Below, piece after piece: positions 31,369 through 41,695 of a DNA stretch of 64,000 nucleotides. Source of the DNA: Gemmatimonadota bacterium (lineage in GTDB: Bacteria > JBHIER01 > G020348925); NCBI GenBank assembly GCA_020348925.1, contig CP070758.1, forward strand, positions 4,773,775 to 4,837,774, written 5' to 3'. How positions within the stretch are numbered: the stretch's first letter is position 1; every line of letters starts with the position of its first letter. A program made the position numbers and the translations under genes. Under the pieces are notes generated by a model. That model saw only the letters and a program-made list of their open reading frames with translations. It made no database searches and had not been told where the DNA came from.

Positions 31369-32157
31369 ATGCTGAAGAAAATTGAATTTAGCAACGAAGA
31401 AATTCGAGAGATTGATACCTACTGTCGATGTATGGACAAGAGTTTTCCCCATGACTATTTTAAGGCCAAGCGCAAAGGAACACAGAGATTTACAAGTATC
31501 CTGCGTTCTTACGTTTACGCTTTATCCATCTGTAGCAGTGAGACCAAATTAAAACCGAGAACCATGGGCAGGGAAGTGGTCAAGGGAAAACTGAAAGAGT
31601 TCGTGAGCAAAAAGAATTGCGAAATAGATACCAGCCTGGTGAAAAACGTTATTTTGAATATTATGAAGGAAAAGAATATCATCGAGGCTCACGGATTGTG
31701 GATTCCCCTCCAATCCGTCTATTCGGGGGATCTTATCTCTGCGTTGAACGATGCTCTGCCAAAGTACTCCAAACCGAAGGAGTTGGAGCGTTTTGACCGG
31801 GATGAGATGATTATAAAGGAAGCCTTTTCTCATATTGAGAGAATTTTTAAGAAGGAAAAGATACATCGAGCGAAAATTAGTGAGAGACGATTCGAAGCCC
31901 TTTTAAAGAAATATAGAAAGACCGAGATTCTCAGAGCATTTTCCAATAATGTTAAAAAGATTCTTCAGTATTACGATCAGCGGAAAGAGAGTGAGGAACG
32001 CTCAAACTTCTTGAGAGAAATCTGCTCGAGGCCTACGTTGAAATCACTTACTCCTGAAGAAATTGACAGGTTGGCTCAATACGGATACAAATTCCGGATC
32101 ATCGAGAAAGGGAAAAAGAGCGAACGGATCGTTATTACAAAAAAGAGGCAACGGTGA
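31369..32157 (+). CDS. Hypothetical basic (Lys/Glu/Arg-rich) protein
   Basis: RBS GGAGG, 262-aa ORF, visibly more AT-rich than neighbours; no recognised motif. Confidence 0.65.
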   Translation: MLKKIEFSNEEIREIDTYCRCMDKSFPHDYFKAKRKGTQRFTSILRSYVYALSICSSETKLKPRTMGREVVKGKLKEFVSKKNCEIDTSLVKNVILNIMKEKNIIEAHGLWIPLQSVYSGDLISALNDALPKYSKPKELERFDRDEMIIKEAFSHIERIFKKEKIHRAKISERRFEALLKKYRKTEILRAFSNNVKKILQYYDQRKESEERSNFLREICSRPTLKSLTPEEIDRLAQYGYKFRIIEKGKKSERIVITKKRQR

Positions 32158-32303
32158 GATGGTGATACTTCCGCCTTTCGCCTGAGGGCTCGGGGGGATG
32201 CTCGAAGGATGCCGAAAAAACACCCTCCAGGGCGCGTCTCCAATCAGATGATTTTTGAAATTGCGAGGTTGTTTCCGCGGAAATTTTGTCTGTGACCGCT
32301 CTC

Positions 32304-32855
32304 TTATTCGGCCTCCTTATTTAGCTCTTCGATAACCCGGTCCGTCAGGTCAAACGTCGGTTTCGCAAATACGAGGCCGCCACCGACCGCGTCAAATATG
32401 AACGTGTAATCCTCTTCTTCCCCTATATTTTTAAGGATGGCGTCGATCTTTTCAATGATCGGTTTCGTCAATTCTTCGTTTCTCTTAACGGCTTCTCCTT
32501 GTGGACCCCAAATACTGGTTACAAATTGCTGGTATTCGGCGTACTTCGTCTGGAGCGTCTGTTCCTTCTCCCTTTTCTTCTCCTCGCTCAACAGAAGACT
32601 TTGAGCCTCGAGTTCTTGCTGAAGATCCTCAACTTCTTTTCTCATTTCTTCAGCCTTCTTTTCCCATTCCGTCACTTCCTGATCGAGCTTGGATTGGGCA
32701 TCGGATGTTCCTTTATAGGAACGAAAGATCCTCTCTGAGTCAATGAACCCGATCTTCAGGTCGGCGGCTTGCGTCGGCAGAGTAAGAAGGAGAAATACAC
32801 CGATGCCGAATACTGTCAACGTCAACGCTGAGTAACGAGTGGCCATTTTTATCAT
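32304..32855 (-). CDS. skp: OmpH/Skp periplasmic chaperone
   Basis: KIGFIDSERIF, coiled coil, YTFIFD...DLTDRVI; directly downstream of bamA. Confidence 0.93.
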   Translation of the reverse strand: MIKMATRYSALTLTVFGIGVFLLLTLPTQAADLKIGFIDSERIFRSYKGTSDAQSKLDQEVTEWEKKAEEMRKEVEDLQQELEAQSLLLSEEKKREKEQTLQTKYAEYQQFVTSIWGPQGEAVKRNEELTKPIIEKIDAILKNIGEEEDYTFIFDAVGGGLVFAKPTFDLTDRVIEELNKEAE

Positions 32856-32936
32856 TTCCTGTACTCCTTTGTGAAAGGTCCATACTCACGGTTTTTTGAA
32901 ATGAGGACAATGGGTAATATACCAAGCCGGTCTTTA

Positions 32937-35228
32937 TCAGAAGCGTGTCCCCATTTGAAAATGGGGTTGCCATTCACCTTTTTTCTGTTCGAAGAGGTCA
33001 TCGAGTCTGTAAGCGAGGTCGATCCCGATAAGTCCTATCATAGGGGCCACGATTCGGATGCCGAAGCCGACGCTTCGCTGAAGATCAAAGGGGTCCGTTT
33101 CAGACAGGGATGACCAGGCGTTCCCGGCGTCGGCAAACAGGATCCCGTATATCTGATGTTCCACCACGGGGAATTGACCTTCCAACGAGAAGATGAGCAT
33201 CGTCCTTCCGCCGATCTCGGTCCTTTGACTTCGCGGCCCGACAGATCGGTCATCGTACCCTCTGATCATCCCGTCAAAACTCGTCCCGCCGGGAAAAAAC
33301 CGTTCGCTGAAAGGTACATATTCGTGACTGCGGACAATACCCCCCTGTCCCTTCAGCATGAGGGTCAGCTTTTTGAACATGGGGAAGTACCAGTAGGTGT
33401 CAAAGGTATGCTTGTTATACCTGTAATCTCCTCCCAGAAGTCCACCGGCAAACTGGACGTAATACGAGTTCACCGTGCCCTTTGTGGCAAACTCGGGCAG
33501 ATCCCTGCTGTCCCGGATGATGGTGAAGCCAATGCTGCTTGTCGTTCGAGGCCAGTCAATGTTCCGGAGTCCGGCAGGATCCGCATAGTTCGGAGAGATG
33601 TCCGTATACTCGATCTGTTCCCAGCGATACGTACCGAATAGGCGAAAGTAGTCATCGGGCCATTTCAATCGCCGTCCCACTTTCAGCGCAGCACCGGTTC
33701 TGCGTTCGTCATAGAAGGTTGTCCAATCTCTTGAGGAACGGTACACGTCCACACCCATGCTGGTTCGGGTGCCGAAGACCCACGGTTCCGAGAAACCCAA
33801 GCGAACGGTCTTTCGAATCTGCCCGAATTCCCAGGCAAAATCGAGTCGCTGCCCCATTCCTCTGAAATTGGGAATCGAAAATCCAATGGAACCGATCAAC
33901 TTGTCGCGAGCACTATAGCCGGCAGCAAAATTTGCCTGACCCGTCGGTTTCTCCTCGACGCGGAAGGTGAGATCGATATCTCCGTTCTCCAGCGGCTCGG
34001 GTTCAATCTGGACATCATTGAAGAAATTGAGTTGATATACCTCGCGAACGCTTCTCTGAAGTGCCGAGCTTTGGAAGAGATCCCCCGGTTTTACCACCAG
34101 CTCACGGCGGACGACGTAATCACGTGTCTTCAAATTCCCAGCGATGTCGATTCTGTGGATTTTTGCCGGTATGCCCTCGTTGATCAGAAAATTTATGTCG
34201 ATCGTTTGGTCGTGGACCGTCTCTTTTGGAAAGATTTGAACGTACAAATACCCTTTCTCCGTATATGCCGTGTGCAGATCCTGGGTCGTTTGATCGAATT
34301 TTTCTTGATTATAGGTATCACCCTCTTTGAACTTGAGGAATACTTCCAATTCCTCAATGGTGTAGAGTTCGTTCCCCGCCCACCTGACTGTGCCGAATTG
34401 ATATCGGGATCCTTCCGACACGCTGATATGAAGAGCCATTCCTTCCTTACTCTCATCGTAGGAGATCGAATGATCGAGCACCTCTGCATCTCGATATCCC
34501 TCTCTCTTGTAGAAATCGACGATTCGTTTCAGATCCTCTTCGAACACATCCTCTTTGAAAGAGCCGCCCCGTAAGAACCCTTTCGGCTTCGTCTTCATCT
34601 GTTTTCGGATTTTCTTCTCATCGAAGATCGTATTGCCCTCGATGTCGATGGTTCTCACTTTCACCTTTTTCCCCTCTGTAATGGTGTAGGTTAGAACAAT
34701 CCTACCGTGAGTCTGAGATTCGAAGGTTTCCGAAGTTACATCAACTAAAAGAAATCCCTTCTCCTGGTAGAGGGAGGTGATGGCTTTTTCCCCCCTGAGG
34801 ATCCTTTGGGGTTTGATGACTTGGCCTTGAGTTATTTTGAGAGCACTCTCAATTTCGTCGGTATCGAGTTCCTTGTTCCCTTGGATGGTGAGTTTTTCCA
34901 AAACAGGGTATTCTTCGACGACGATTTTCAGTTTAATGCCTTCCGGCGTCTGACCCATATCCAGAATCCTGACGTCACTAAAAATTCCCAAAGAATATAA
35001 TTGTCGGAGGGCGTCCTGCACGTCCTCGGCCGTAATCTCACGGCCCACAGTCAATCCGGACATAGTAATAATCAGAGAGGTGTCTGATGTTCTGTTTCCT
35101 TCAACTTGGATCTCGAGAATTGTTGTGGCTATATTTTGACAGAAGGCAGTCGTCGATACGAGGAGAATCAATACGAAGAGAGCGTACAGGGGTATTGCGG
35201 ATAATCGGGGTGGGATGTTATGCATCAT
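32937..35228 (-). CDS. bamA: Outer membrane protein assembly factor BamA
   Basis: POTRA repeats (I.VEGN, GNLKTRDYVVRRE), MIRGY, C-terminal Phe. Confidence 0.96.
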   Translation of the reverse strand: MMHNIPPRLSAIPLYALFVLILLVSTTAFCQNIATTILEIQVEGNRTSDTSLIITMSGLTVGREITAEDVQDALRQLYSLGIFSDVRILDMGQTPEGIKLKIVVEEYPVLEKLTIQGNKELDTDEIESALKITQGQVIKPQRILRGEKAITSLYQEKGFLLVDVTSETFESQTHGRIVLTYTITEGKKVKVRTIDIEGNTIFDEKKIRKQMKTKPKGFLRGGSFKEDVFEEDLKRIVDFYKREGYRDAEVLDHSISYDESKEGMALHISVSEGSRYQFGTVRWAGNELYTIEELEVFLKFKEGDTYNQEKFDQTTQDLHTAYTEKGYLYVQIFPKETVHDQTIDINFLINEGIPAKIHRIDIAGNLKTRDYVVRRELVVKPGDLFQSSALQRSVREVYQLNFFNDVQIEPEPLENGDIDLTFRVEEKPTGQANFAAGYSARDKLIGSIGFSIPNFRGMGQRLDFAWEFGQIRKTVRLGFSEPWVFGTRTSMGVDVYRSSRDWTTFYDERRTGAALKVGRRLKWPDDYFRLFGTYRWEQIEYTDISPNYADPAGLRNIDWPRTTSSIGFTIIRDSRDLPEFATKGTVNSYYVQFAGGLLGGDYRYNKHTFDTYWYFPMFKKLTLMLKGQGGIVRSHEYVPFSERFFPGGTSFDGMIRGYDDRSVGPRSQRTEIGGRTMLIFSLEGQFPVVEHQIYGILFADAGNAWSSLSETDPFDLQRSVGFGIRIVAPMIGLIGIDLAYRLDDLFEQKKGEWQPHFQMGTRF

Positions 35229-35237
35229 GGGAAGGGA

Positions 35238-37694
35238 TTACGATTGTTCGATAGGAGCAGGGGATTGGTCACTGACCGATTCTTTCTTCCCTCGAAATTG
35301 GAGTTCATCTCCCTTACGGCCGATGAATACCTCGGATCCCTCATGAAACGATCCCTTTAAAATTTCCTCGGCCAGCGGATCTTCTATATATTTTTGTATA
35401 ACCCGCCGCAACGGTCGGGCTCCGAACGTCGGATCGTACCCTTTTTCAGCAAGAAACTCTTTGGCGTTTGGGGTCAGGGTGATGGTCATCTCCTTTTTTT
35501 CCATTCTCTGGCTAACCTCATCGATGAGGAGATCGATGATCGTGTGGATCTCCTCCACCCCCAGATGGTGAAAAACGATGATCTCATCGATTCTGTTCAA
35601 AAATTCCGGGTTGAAAATACGCTTCGTCTCCTCCATCACCCGCTCTTTCATCTGGTCGTAGGAGGACCGGATGTCCGAACGATGGAATCCGAGGGAGCGG
35701 CCTTTTTTTGTCTCACGGGTTCCGATGTTGGACGTCATAATCAAAATGGTATTTCGGAAGTCGACCTTACGACCCAAGCTGTCGGTCAATTGTCCATCAT
35801 CGAGGACTTGAAGAAGGATGTTGAACACATCAGGGTGGGCCTTTTCGATTTCATCAAAAAGCACGACCGAGTATGGTTTGCGTCGGACTTTCTCCGTCAA
35901 TTGGCCTCCCTCCTCGTAGCCCACATAACCGGGTGGGGCTCCGATGAGACGGGAGACCGAGAACTTTTCCATGTATTCCGACATGTCAAGGCGGACCAGG
36001 GCTTCATCGTCTTCAAAGAGGAACTGGGCCAATACTCTCGCCATCTCCGTTTTGCCCACACCCGTCGGGCCGAGGAAGATGAACGATCCGATGGGACGGT
36101 TCGGATCCTTGAGACCGGCCCTGGTTCGGCGAATGGCCTTGGCCAGAGCCGCTATCGGCTCATCCTGGCCGATGATCCGTTTCTTCAGTTCCGTCTCCAT
36201 ACTCAGGAGACGATCCGATTCGGCCTGAACGAGCCGGAAGAGTGGGATGCCCGTCATCTTTGAGATCACCTCGGCCACGTCCTCCTCAATCACCTCGACA
36301 ACTTCTTTCTCCTGCTCTTGCTCCCAAGCCTTTTTCGCTTTTTCGAATTTTTCCTTTTGACGCCGTTCCATATCTCGCAGCCGGGCGGCTTCTTCAAATT
36401 TTTGGCCGGTAACAGCTTCTTTTTTGCGCTTGGTGATACGATCCAGCTCCACCTCTAGCTCTCGGATATCTTCGGGTAAAATCATTTTCAGAAGATGGAC
36501 ACGAGAGCCGGTTTCGTCGATGACATCGATGGCTTTATCCGGGAGATATTTGTTTCGCATGTAACGGTCAGACAGGATGACGCCGGCGTTCAGAGCTTCA
36601 TCGGTAATTTTCACGCGGTGGTGCTCTTCGTACCGGGAACGCAGTCCCTTCAAGATTTCTATCGTCTCGTCGACGGAAGGCGGATCGACCATGATGGTCT
36701 GGAAGCGACGCTCCAGGGCGCCGTCCTTTTCGATGTACTTGCGGTATTCGTCCAAGGTCGTGGCTCCGATGCATTGGAGCTCCCCTCTCGAAAGGGCCGG
36801 CTTGAACATGTTCGAAGCATCGAGGGTTCCCTCGGCACTGCCGGCGCCGACGATGGTGTGCAGCTCATCGATGAACAGGATGACGTTGCGTGAATTGTGG
36901 AGCTCGTTCATGACAGCCTTCATCCGCTCTTCGAACTGGCCCCGATATTTGGTGCCGGCCACCATGGATCCCATATCCAACGTCACAACCCTTTTGCCTT
37001 CCAAAACCTGGGGGACCCGTCGCTCAACAATTTTCTGCGCCAAGCCTTCGACGATGGCCGTCTTGCCAACACCGGGCTCACCGATGAGGACGGGATTGTT
37101 CTTCTTCCTGCGACTCAGAATCTGGGCGAGTCGCTCGATCTCCTTCTCCCGTCCTATGATGGGATCCAGTTTCTCCTCCCGGGCGAGTTCCGTCAAGTCG
37201 CGGCTGAAGTGATCCAGAAATGGGGTGTCACTCTTGCCCTTCTTCTTGCCCGCATTTTTCCCGCTGAGGACGTTCTCGATCTCGGTTTTGATGGTCTCGT
37301 AATCGATGTTAAAGGTGGACAGGATTTGCGAGGCGACACCTTCGCGGTCCTTGACCAGAGCCAGGAAGAGGTGTTCCGTCCCGACGTATTTCGATTTCAG
37401 GGACCGGGCTTCGTACGTGGCGACCTCGAGGGCCTGCTTGGCCCGGGGTGTAAATGGAACCTGACCGATGGTGAGCGCACCGCCCGCGGAGGACGTGGCA
37501 TCCTCGATGGACTGGCGGAGTTCATCCAGCTCCATCCCGAGGTTTTCCATGATCGTCACCGCCGCGCCTTCACCCTCGCGGATGATGCCCAGGAGCAAAT
37601 GCTCCGTCCCGACGTAGTCGTGGCCCAACCGGCTCGACTCCTCGCGCGCCAACTGCATCACTTTTTTTACCCGGTCTGTAAACATGCTGTTCAT
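35238..37694 (-). CDS. clpC: ATP-dependent Clp protease ATPase ClpC
   Basis: Clp N repeats, GEPGVGKT, UVR coiled coil, GPTGVGKT, GARPLRR. Confidence 0.96.
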   Translation of the reverse strand: MNSMFTDRVKKVMQLAREESSRLGHDYVGTEHLLLGIIREGEGAAVTIMENLGMELDELRQSIEDATSSAGGALTIGQVPFTPRAKQALEVATYEARSLKSKYVGTEHLFLALVKDREGVASQILSTFNIDYETIKTEIENVLSGKNAGKKKGKSDTPFLDHFSRDLTELAREEKLDPIIGREKEIERLAQILSRRKKNNPVLIGEPGVGKTAIVEGLAQKIVERRVPQVLEGKRVVTLDMGSMVAGTKYRGQFEERMKAVMNELHNSRNVILFIDELHTIVGAGSAEGTLDASNMFKPALSRGELQCIGATTLDEYRKYIEKDGALERRFQTIMVDPPSVDETIEILKGLRSRYEEHHRVKITDEALNAGVILSDRYMRNKYLPDKAIDVIDETGSRVHLLKMILPEDIRELEVELDRITKRKKEAVTGQKFEEAARLRDMERRQKEKFEKAKKAWEQEQEKEVVEVIEEDVAEVISKMTGIPLFRLVQAESDRLLSMETELKKRIIGQDEPIAALAKAIRRTRAGLKDPNRPIGSFIFLGPTGVGKTEMARVLAQFLFEDDEALVRLDMSEYMEKFSVSRLIGAPPGYVGYEEGGQLTEKVRRKPYSVVLFDEIEKAHPDVFNILLQVLDDGQLTDSLGRKVDFRNTILIMTSNIGTRETKKGRSLGFHRSDIRSSYDQMKERVMEETKRIFNPEFLNRIDEIIVFHHLGVEEIHTIIDLLIDEVSQRMEKKEMTITLTPNAKEFLAEKGYDPTFGARPLRRVIQKYIEDPLAEEILKGSFHEGSEVFIGRKGDELQFRGKKESVSDQSPAPIEQS

Positions 37695-38252
37695 TTCAAG
37701 CGTCTCCCGTTTCTTATAAGACCGTCGTGGTATCGGTTTGTTCCATGTTCACGTCAGAAATATATGAATAATTTTGGGTAAAGTCAACTCCCGGGGTTAA
37801 AATCGGGCTCGGCTTCGCACTGGGGATGATGGATCATAAAGGGAGTCCTCATTGAGATCACTGCGAGAGTGGCGATGGACGTTAGGATATGTTTCTTGGT
37901 GTCCCAAAGTTCAATCTCGGAGATTGTACGAATTTTAGGATGCATGAAGAGTTGGAGATCCTGATGCTGATCGAGATTCAGGCGTGACAACGTCACCGTC
38001 AGAACCGGTGAAGGAATGGGCAACGGAAGAGGATTTGAGGATCCTTGGGAGAGCGTCGCAATGACGTGGAACAAAAGACCCAAACGCATCTTTCTCACAT
38101 CAACGTGTTTCCCACCAATTCAGCGCTGCTTAAAGTTTTCTCGCATCGCGGATTTTCTCACGGGACGATATGAAGAAGCTCAGAATAACAGAATGCTCGT
38201 ATTGCTTATAATGACAAGGAAGATAAAGAGTTGAGATACTTATAAAAATGCC

Positions 38253-38281
38253 TTGACAAAGGTAAATAAAAGTGTTATTAT
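38253..38281 (+). promoter_or_regulatory. Sigma70-type promoter
   Basis: TTGACA-17 nt-TATTAT with extended -10 TG. Confidence 0.75.
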
Positions 38282-38626
38282 GTGAAGTGTCATAATTTCC
38301 AGCAGGACCAACCCGTTAGTTTTAATGTGCGTTTCAGGGGGAGATAAGGGGTGAAACATTCCCTTTTTCAAAAAAAGCTGAAATCGAGAATAGTGCAGGA
38401 AGTCACCACTTCCTATTTTTTAATGAAAAAAGATGTTTCGACCAGTAATCCCAGAAATCAACCATGTCATAGAAATCTCTTTTCTGATTCCTGACCCCAA
38501 AATCGTTGGGATTTTGAAGCAAAAAGGTGCCAGGAGCCATTCTCTTCATCTATGGTAATGATATAATAGATTATTATTATGAAAATTAGTTTAGCTTCCA
38601 AGAAAAGAAGAACAGAGGAGGGTACA

Positions 38627-39943
38627 ATGCAGAGGAAGAGCATCTCAACCAGGCACATGCTCCTTTCACTCATAATTGTTACATGTCTTTCTTCAAGAAC
38701 GCATTCTCAGATCCGTTTCACTGAACACGTCATTGCAACCAACTATACCACTGCATCCTATGTGTACGCCGCTGACCTGGACAAGGACTATGACATTGAT
38801 ATTTTAGGCGCCTCACGTGGTCTGGAACATCAAAGCTGGTGGGAGAATGACGGACACCAGAATTTTACTGAGCATATTTTAGACGATACTTTCCCTAGTT
38901 CGAATTGTATATTGGCCGTGGATTTAGACCAGGACGGAGATGAGGATATCTTGGCTTCAAGCAGTGCCGACAATTTCATAAAATGGTGGGAAAATGATGG
39001 CACTGCGACGTTCACGGATCACGTCATTACGGATGCGTTTTCCTCCGCAATGGGTGTTTTCGCCATCGATATGGACAGTGACGGCGACATCGATGTCATT
39101 GGGGCCTCTCGTAGTCGTAGAGCAGTGCACTGGTGGGAAAACGACAGAAACCAGAATTTCACCGAACATGCCATTTCGGATACTATCAGTTCACCCTACG
39201 ACGTTTTTGCTTGTGATCTTGACGGAGACGACGATATTGACGTAATTGGAACCAGCCAAAACAAGCATTCCCATGTCTGGTGGGAAAACGACGGCAGCGA
39301 GATCTTTACGGAACACGTGTTCGCCTCGAATTACGGCACCTGTGATTATTTCGAAGCCGCCGATGTGGACGGTGATGATCGACTGGATATCGTCGGTGCC
39401 TCGTTCGGCTCCGGTGGCGTGACCTGGTGGCGCAATGAAGGGAATAAGACTTTCACGCAAAGAACAATTTCCGAGACCTTCCCCTCAGCCGGAAAGGTGC
39501 AAGCCGTCGATCTGGATGAGGATGATGACATGGATATCGTTGGTGTATCTTACAGTATGAATACTGTTGCCTGGTGGGAGAACGACGGAGGTGAGAACTT
39601 TACTCAGCATACGATTTCGGATAGCCTTGTCGGTCCTTGGCATCTTTTTGCAACTGACATAGACGGGGATAACGATATCGATATGCTGGTCAGTGGATTT
39701 GGGTCCGATCAGATCGTATGGTTTGAGCACAGTACGTCAAGCCGAACGAGGGGAGATACGAACGGAGATTGGGATGTCGATCTTTTGGATGTCATAACAG
39801 CGGTAAACCATATTTTAGAAATTTCGATCCTTGAGGGGGATGACCTCTGGGCGGCCGATTGCAGCGACGACGGGGAAATTGACCTCCTTGATCTCATTGG
39901 TATTGTGAATGTGATTTTGGGAATCGGAAATTGTGAACCTTGA
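38627..39943 (+). CDS. Secreted FG-GAP/VCBS repeat propeller protein with C-terminal dockerin
   Basis: RBS GGAGG; seven D(L/M/V/I)DxDxDxD(I/V)...WxEN-type repeats; GDTNGDWDVDLLD...ADCSDDGEIDLLD. Confidence 0.9.
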   Translation: MQRKSISTRHMLLSLIIVTCLSSRTHSQIRFTEHVIATNYTTASYVYAADLDKDYDIDILGASRGLEHQSWWENDGHQNFTEHILDDTFPSSNCILAVDLDQDGDEDILASSSADNFIKWWENDGTATFTDHVITDAFSSAMGVFAIDMDSDGDIDVIGASRSRRAVHWWENDRNQNFTEHAISDTISSPYDVFACDLDGDDDIDVIGTSQNKHSHVWWENDGSEIFTEHVFASNYGTCDYFEAADVDGDDRLDIVGASFGSGGVTWWRNEGNKTFTQRTISETFPSAGKVQAVDLDEDDDMDIVGVSYSMNTVAWWENDGGENFTQHTISDSLVGPWHLFATDIDGDNDIDMLVSGFGSDQIVWFEHSTSSRTRGDTNGDWDVDLLDVITAVNHILEISILEGDDLWAADCSDDGEIDLLDLIGIVNVILGIGNCEP

Positions 39944-40109
39944 TTTCTATGATTCTTGTGAGAATCAATGACTTTTAACCTAAAATGGAAAGTCATGTTT
40001 TTCTTTAATATTCGATGCTGTTCTTTCAACATATCCTCTCAATATTTCTCCACAAAACTTCTGTGAATCAACGTGATCTCACACTTCCGTGAATCGTAGA
40101 AGGTAAAGG

Positions 40110-41192
40110 TTACCCGCTCAGGATCTTTCGCACGAAGTCGGCGCGGTAGATGTCCCGCTCGGCCGGCTCCATTTTCTTCCCGGCTCTTTTCTGCAGGTGC
40201 GAAGGTTGGGTCTCTATCATGAGCTGATTGATGGTTTGGACAGTGACGTCAGGAATCATGCCCATGGCGACGCCCAGTCGAATGGCCGAAGAGAGGTTCA
40301 TGAATTCCTGGGATGTGAGCACTCTGGCGTTTTTCACGATACCGTATGCCCGCCAGATTTTGTCCTCGATCTGCGGTTGTGCATCTTTGAGCAGGGTCTT
40401 TCGCGCGTTCTGCTCGAACTCGATAATCTGCTTCGTGACCCGCTCCAGGCTGTTGATGATGTCCTCTTCGGACTGCCCCAGTGTGGTCTGATTCGAAATC
40501 TGGAAAAGGTTTCCCAAGACCGCTGTTCCCTCTCCGTAAAATCCTCTGACAGCGAGCCCGACTTGGGTGATACCTCTCAGCACCTTATCGATCTCCTGGG
40601 TCAAAACGAGAGCCGGGAGATGGATGAGAATCGAAGCCCGCAAACCCGTTCCCGTATTGGTCGGACACGCCGTGAGATAGCCGAATTCGTCGGAGAAGGC
40701 GTATTCAAGGGAACCGCTCAATTCATCATCAATGCGGTCTATGATGCGCCACACGTCCTTGGGCTGAAATCCTGAATGGAGCCCCTGGAGCCTGACGTGG
40801 TCTTCCTCATTGATCATGATGCTGACGATCTCCTTCTCTCCCACGAGGAGTCCGCGCGCACCTTTCTTTTCGAGAAAATCCGGGCTGACCAGGTTCCGTT
40901 CGACCATGAACTGTTTATCGATATCCGTCAGTTCCGACGTATCGAGAAAGATGGCGTTTTTCAGAAATTTATTCTCCCCCTGGGCGTTGCGAAGCTGAAG
41001 TTGCACCTCTTCCAACTGTTCCCTGGACGCCCGGTGGGAGAAGGGAATGCCTTTTAAATTTCGGGCGAGCCGGACGCGGCTGCTTATTACAATACCAGGA
41101 TACTCCCCCGTCCCGTCAAGCCATCCGACCGGACTTTGAATCATCATCTGCAGAAAGTGTCTGGCCCCGCCGGTTACTTCTTTCTCCGCCAT
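40110..41192 (-). CDS. mcsB: Protein arginine kinase
   Basis: SSRVRLARN, MINEEDH, YLTACPTNTGTGLRAS, QISNQTTLG. Confidence 0.96.
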   Translation of the reverse strand: MAEKEVTGGARHFLQMMIQSPVGWLDGTGEYPGIVISSRVRLARNLKGIPFSHRASREQLEEVQLQLRNAQGENKFLKNAIFLDTSELTDIDKQFMVERNLVSPDFLEKKGARGLLVGEKEIVSIMINEEDHVRLQGLHSGFQPKDVWRIIDRIDDELSGSLEYAFSDEFGYLTACPTNTGTGLRASILIHLPALVLTQEIDKVLRGITQVGLAVRGFYGEGTAVLGNLFQISNQTTLGQSEEDIINSLERVTKQIIEFEQNARKTLLKDAQPQIEDKIWRAYGIVKNARVLTSQEFMNLSSAIRLGVAMGMIPDVTVQTINQLMIETQPSHLQKRAGKKMEPAERDIYRADFVRKILSG

Positions 41193-41695
41193 GCCTTCTC
41201 CATCTCGTGGATTGTATCACGCAGTGCCGCGGCCCGTTCGAACTCCTCCGCTTTGATGGCCCTCTTCATTTTTTCCCGCAGCTTTCGTATTTCTTTTTTT
41301 TGCTCGACGTATTCTTTTTCGAAATTCGGGACTTTCCCCCGGTGCTGATTACTGCCATGTATTTTCCGCAACAGCCCTTTCAGACCTTCGGTGAATATAT
41401 CATAGCACTCGCTGCAACCCAGCCTCCCGGTTTTCTTGAAGTCGACGTAAGTCAGGCCGCATTGGGCACACGTAAGTTTTTTCATCTCTTCCGTCTCACC
41501 AGATCCGCCTTCCTCAGCCATGCCTGCCAGCAAGTCCCCAATTGGAAAATCGGAACTGGAAAAAGGAGCCTTGAGCCCTCTTTTCTCGGCGCACTCATGG
41601 CACAGCCGCAGCACCGTCTTCTCGTTATTGACGATCTGGGTGAAGACGATCATCGCAGGGCGTTCATTGCAATCCTGGCACATCATCTTTTTCAT
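41174..41695 (-). CDS. mcsA: McsA, activator of the arginine kinase
   Basis: Four CxxC motifs, GRLGCSECY, C-terminal UVR (EEFERAAALRD). Confidence 0.95.
   Translation of the reverse strand: MKKMMCQDCNERPAMIVFTQIVNNEKTVLRLCHECAEKRGLKAPFSSSDFPIGDLLAGMAEEGGSGETEEMKKLTCAQCGLTYVDFKKTGRLGCSECYDIFTEGLKGLLRKIHGSNQHRGKVPNFEKEYVEQKKEIRKLREKMKRAIKAEEFERAAALRDTIHEMEKAWRRKK

Noticed and set aside
37784-38098. 104-aa ORF upstream of clpC
   Set aside because: No motif or convincing RBS; cannot support it as a gene.
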